From contig JBHGNT010001347.1 in NCBI GenBank assembly GCA_043228905.1, forward strand, positions 1 through 9,625: a DNA stretch of 9,625 nt, given 5' to 3'. The stretch comes from Azolla caroliniana (lineage: Eukaryota > Plantae > Polypodiophyta). Shown in pieces: positions 8,642 to 9,625 of the stretch. The position numbers and the translations under genes were made by a program. Position 1 is the stretch's first letter, and each line of letters starts with the position of its first letter. Below the pieces are notes generated by a model, which was given only the letters and a program-made list of their open reading frames with translations, had not been told where the DNA came from and made no database searches.

Positions 8642-9625
8642 CGCCCCCTCAAGCTCAAGTGTGAGGCTTCCGACATCTGCTTTGGCTTTCGTCGGCTTCG
8701 TGTGCTTCCGTTCGGCCTTCGGCTTTCTTCGGCCTTTCCGAGCCAATCTCGGTTCCTCCCCCTCAAGCCGTTGATGAAGGCTTGTAGAGTGTGGGCGAAG
8801 GCCGACTACTTCCACCCATCGTGGGTTGTGAGCCACTTTTGTAGAGCTCTCAGGCTCTTGTTCGGCCGCTACCTTCATCGCGAAGGCATAATGATGGGCC
8901 ATGTACTCGTTGTAGTCGAGCCGAGCGATGGGATTCTTCTCTTTAGAAGAGCGTCGAAGTTTTTCGCTCGTCGATGTGAGCACCTTCTTTACTCTGGGTG
9001 TTCACATGATGGGTACACCAAACTCACTGTCTAGTGAGGGAGCCGACACATCTGAATCACTGTCGTCGGGGTGGTTGACTTCGTATTTGGGCATCTTACC
9101 TTTGCCTTTGTCGAAGGTCGTACTTGGTCGCAACGTGCTTTGGTTGCTCGGGGGCTCTTGTGGCCCACTACGCCTTGTCGTAATCGGACCTCCGAATATG
9201 TGCTTCAGTCGATCTTCAACTTCTATCTCTATTTTAGCGGATTCCGGGTCGAGTGGAGTCGGAGTCGAAGTTGTCTCTGGTGCGTACCAGGATGCGAACT
9301 CGTCGAAGACTACATCTCGACTTACCCAAACCGCTCGGGTAGAAGGGTTGCAACACTTGTATGCCTTCTTCTTGGACGAGTATCCTACGAGAATACATTT
9401 CTCCGACTTCGCGTCGGGCTTCTGTCGGTTTTCCTTCGGGATGCGTACATTCACAATGATTCCGAACACCTTGAGGTACAACAGGATTAGCTTCCTTCTG
9501 ACGGGGAGCTCGTATGGAGTTAGCTCATGCACTCCATTAGTAGTGCATCGATTCATGAGATAGATGGTCCTGGATGCTGCGTCAACCCAATAGAAGTTCG
9601 GCATGTGCTTCTTATGTCGCATGGC
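8636..9625 (-). pseudogene. pol: Copia pol remnant: integrase C-terminus/SH3-like (GKGY-type) domain, linker, RT-RNase H deleted, basic C-terminal tail
   Basis: YWVDAA..TIYLMNR...TPYE..LKVFG...RQKPDAKSEKCILVGYS...AYKC.NP....VSRDVVFDE, then LRRS and EPES...PRWVE. ORFs 9002-9622 and 8636-8983 share one frame, separated by a single TGA at 9002-9004. Confidence 0.92.
8642..8652 (-). other. Polypurine tract (TTGAGGGGGCG) abutting the 3' LTR
   Basis: Typical copia arrangement: TTGAGGGGG(C/A)G then TGTT. Confidence 0.9.

Larger units (their letters stand above)
8201..9625 (-). mobile_element. Ty1/copia LTR retrotransposon, 3' part, internally deleted (non-autonomous); continues beyond the window
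   Basis: Integrase C-terminus, pre-RT linker, PPT and a TG..CA LTR occur in copia order on the minus strand. Confidence 0.93.

Noticed and set aside
8702-9563. Plus-strand ORFs 8702-9034, 8928-9563 and 9071-9490 as antisense genes
   Set aside because: They are shadow frames of GC-rich copia pol with no recognisable motifs.

Overview
This is AT-rich eukaryotic DNA, most likely land plant (plausibly moss/bryophyte, inferred from the element types), made of nested transposon remnants. I can support no intact host gene. Left to right: (1) ~1-1300, unidentified degenerate coding-like sequence; (2) 1501-1821, a 30-31 bp palindrome-cored minisatellite with higher-order structure; (3) ~1850-3500, unassigned DNA with a hairpin and a 76-bp tandem duplication; (4) ~3500-3625, a minus-strand LINE RT fragment fused head-to-head to (5) a degenerate, 5'-truncated L1-clade LINE ORF2 on the plus strand (endonuclease end, RT, CCHC finger; ~3626-6945); (6) ~6968-8200, a minus-strand LINE ORF1 remnant (DUF4283-like) with an acidic upstream frame, interrupted by (7) a younger minus-strand Ty1/copia element (3' LTR 8201-8641, PPT, pol remnant running off the window). 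The copia has lost RT and RNase H in frame, has two PPTs and has a hairpin-rich U3. I cannot demonstrate a new biological system from sequence alone. The best leads are the RT-less copia and the unidentified ORF remnants beside the palindromic array.
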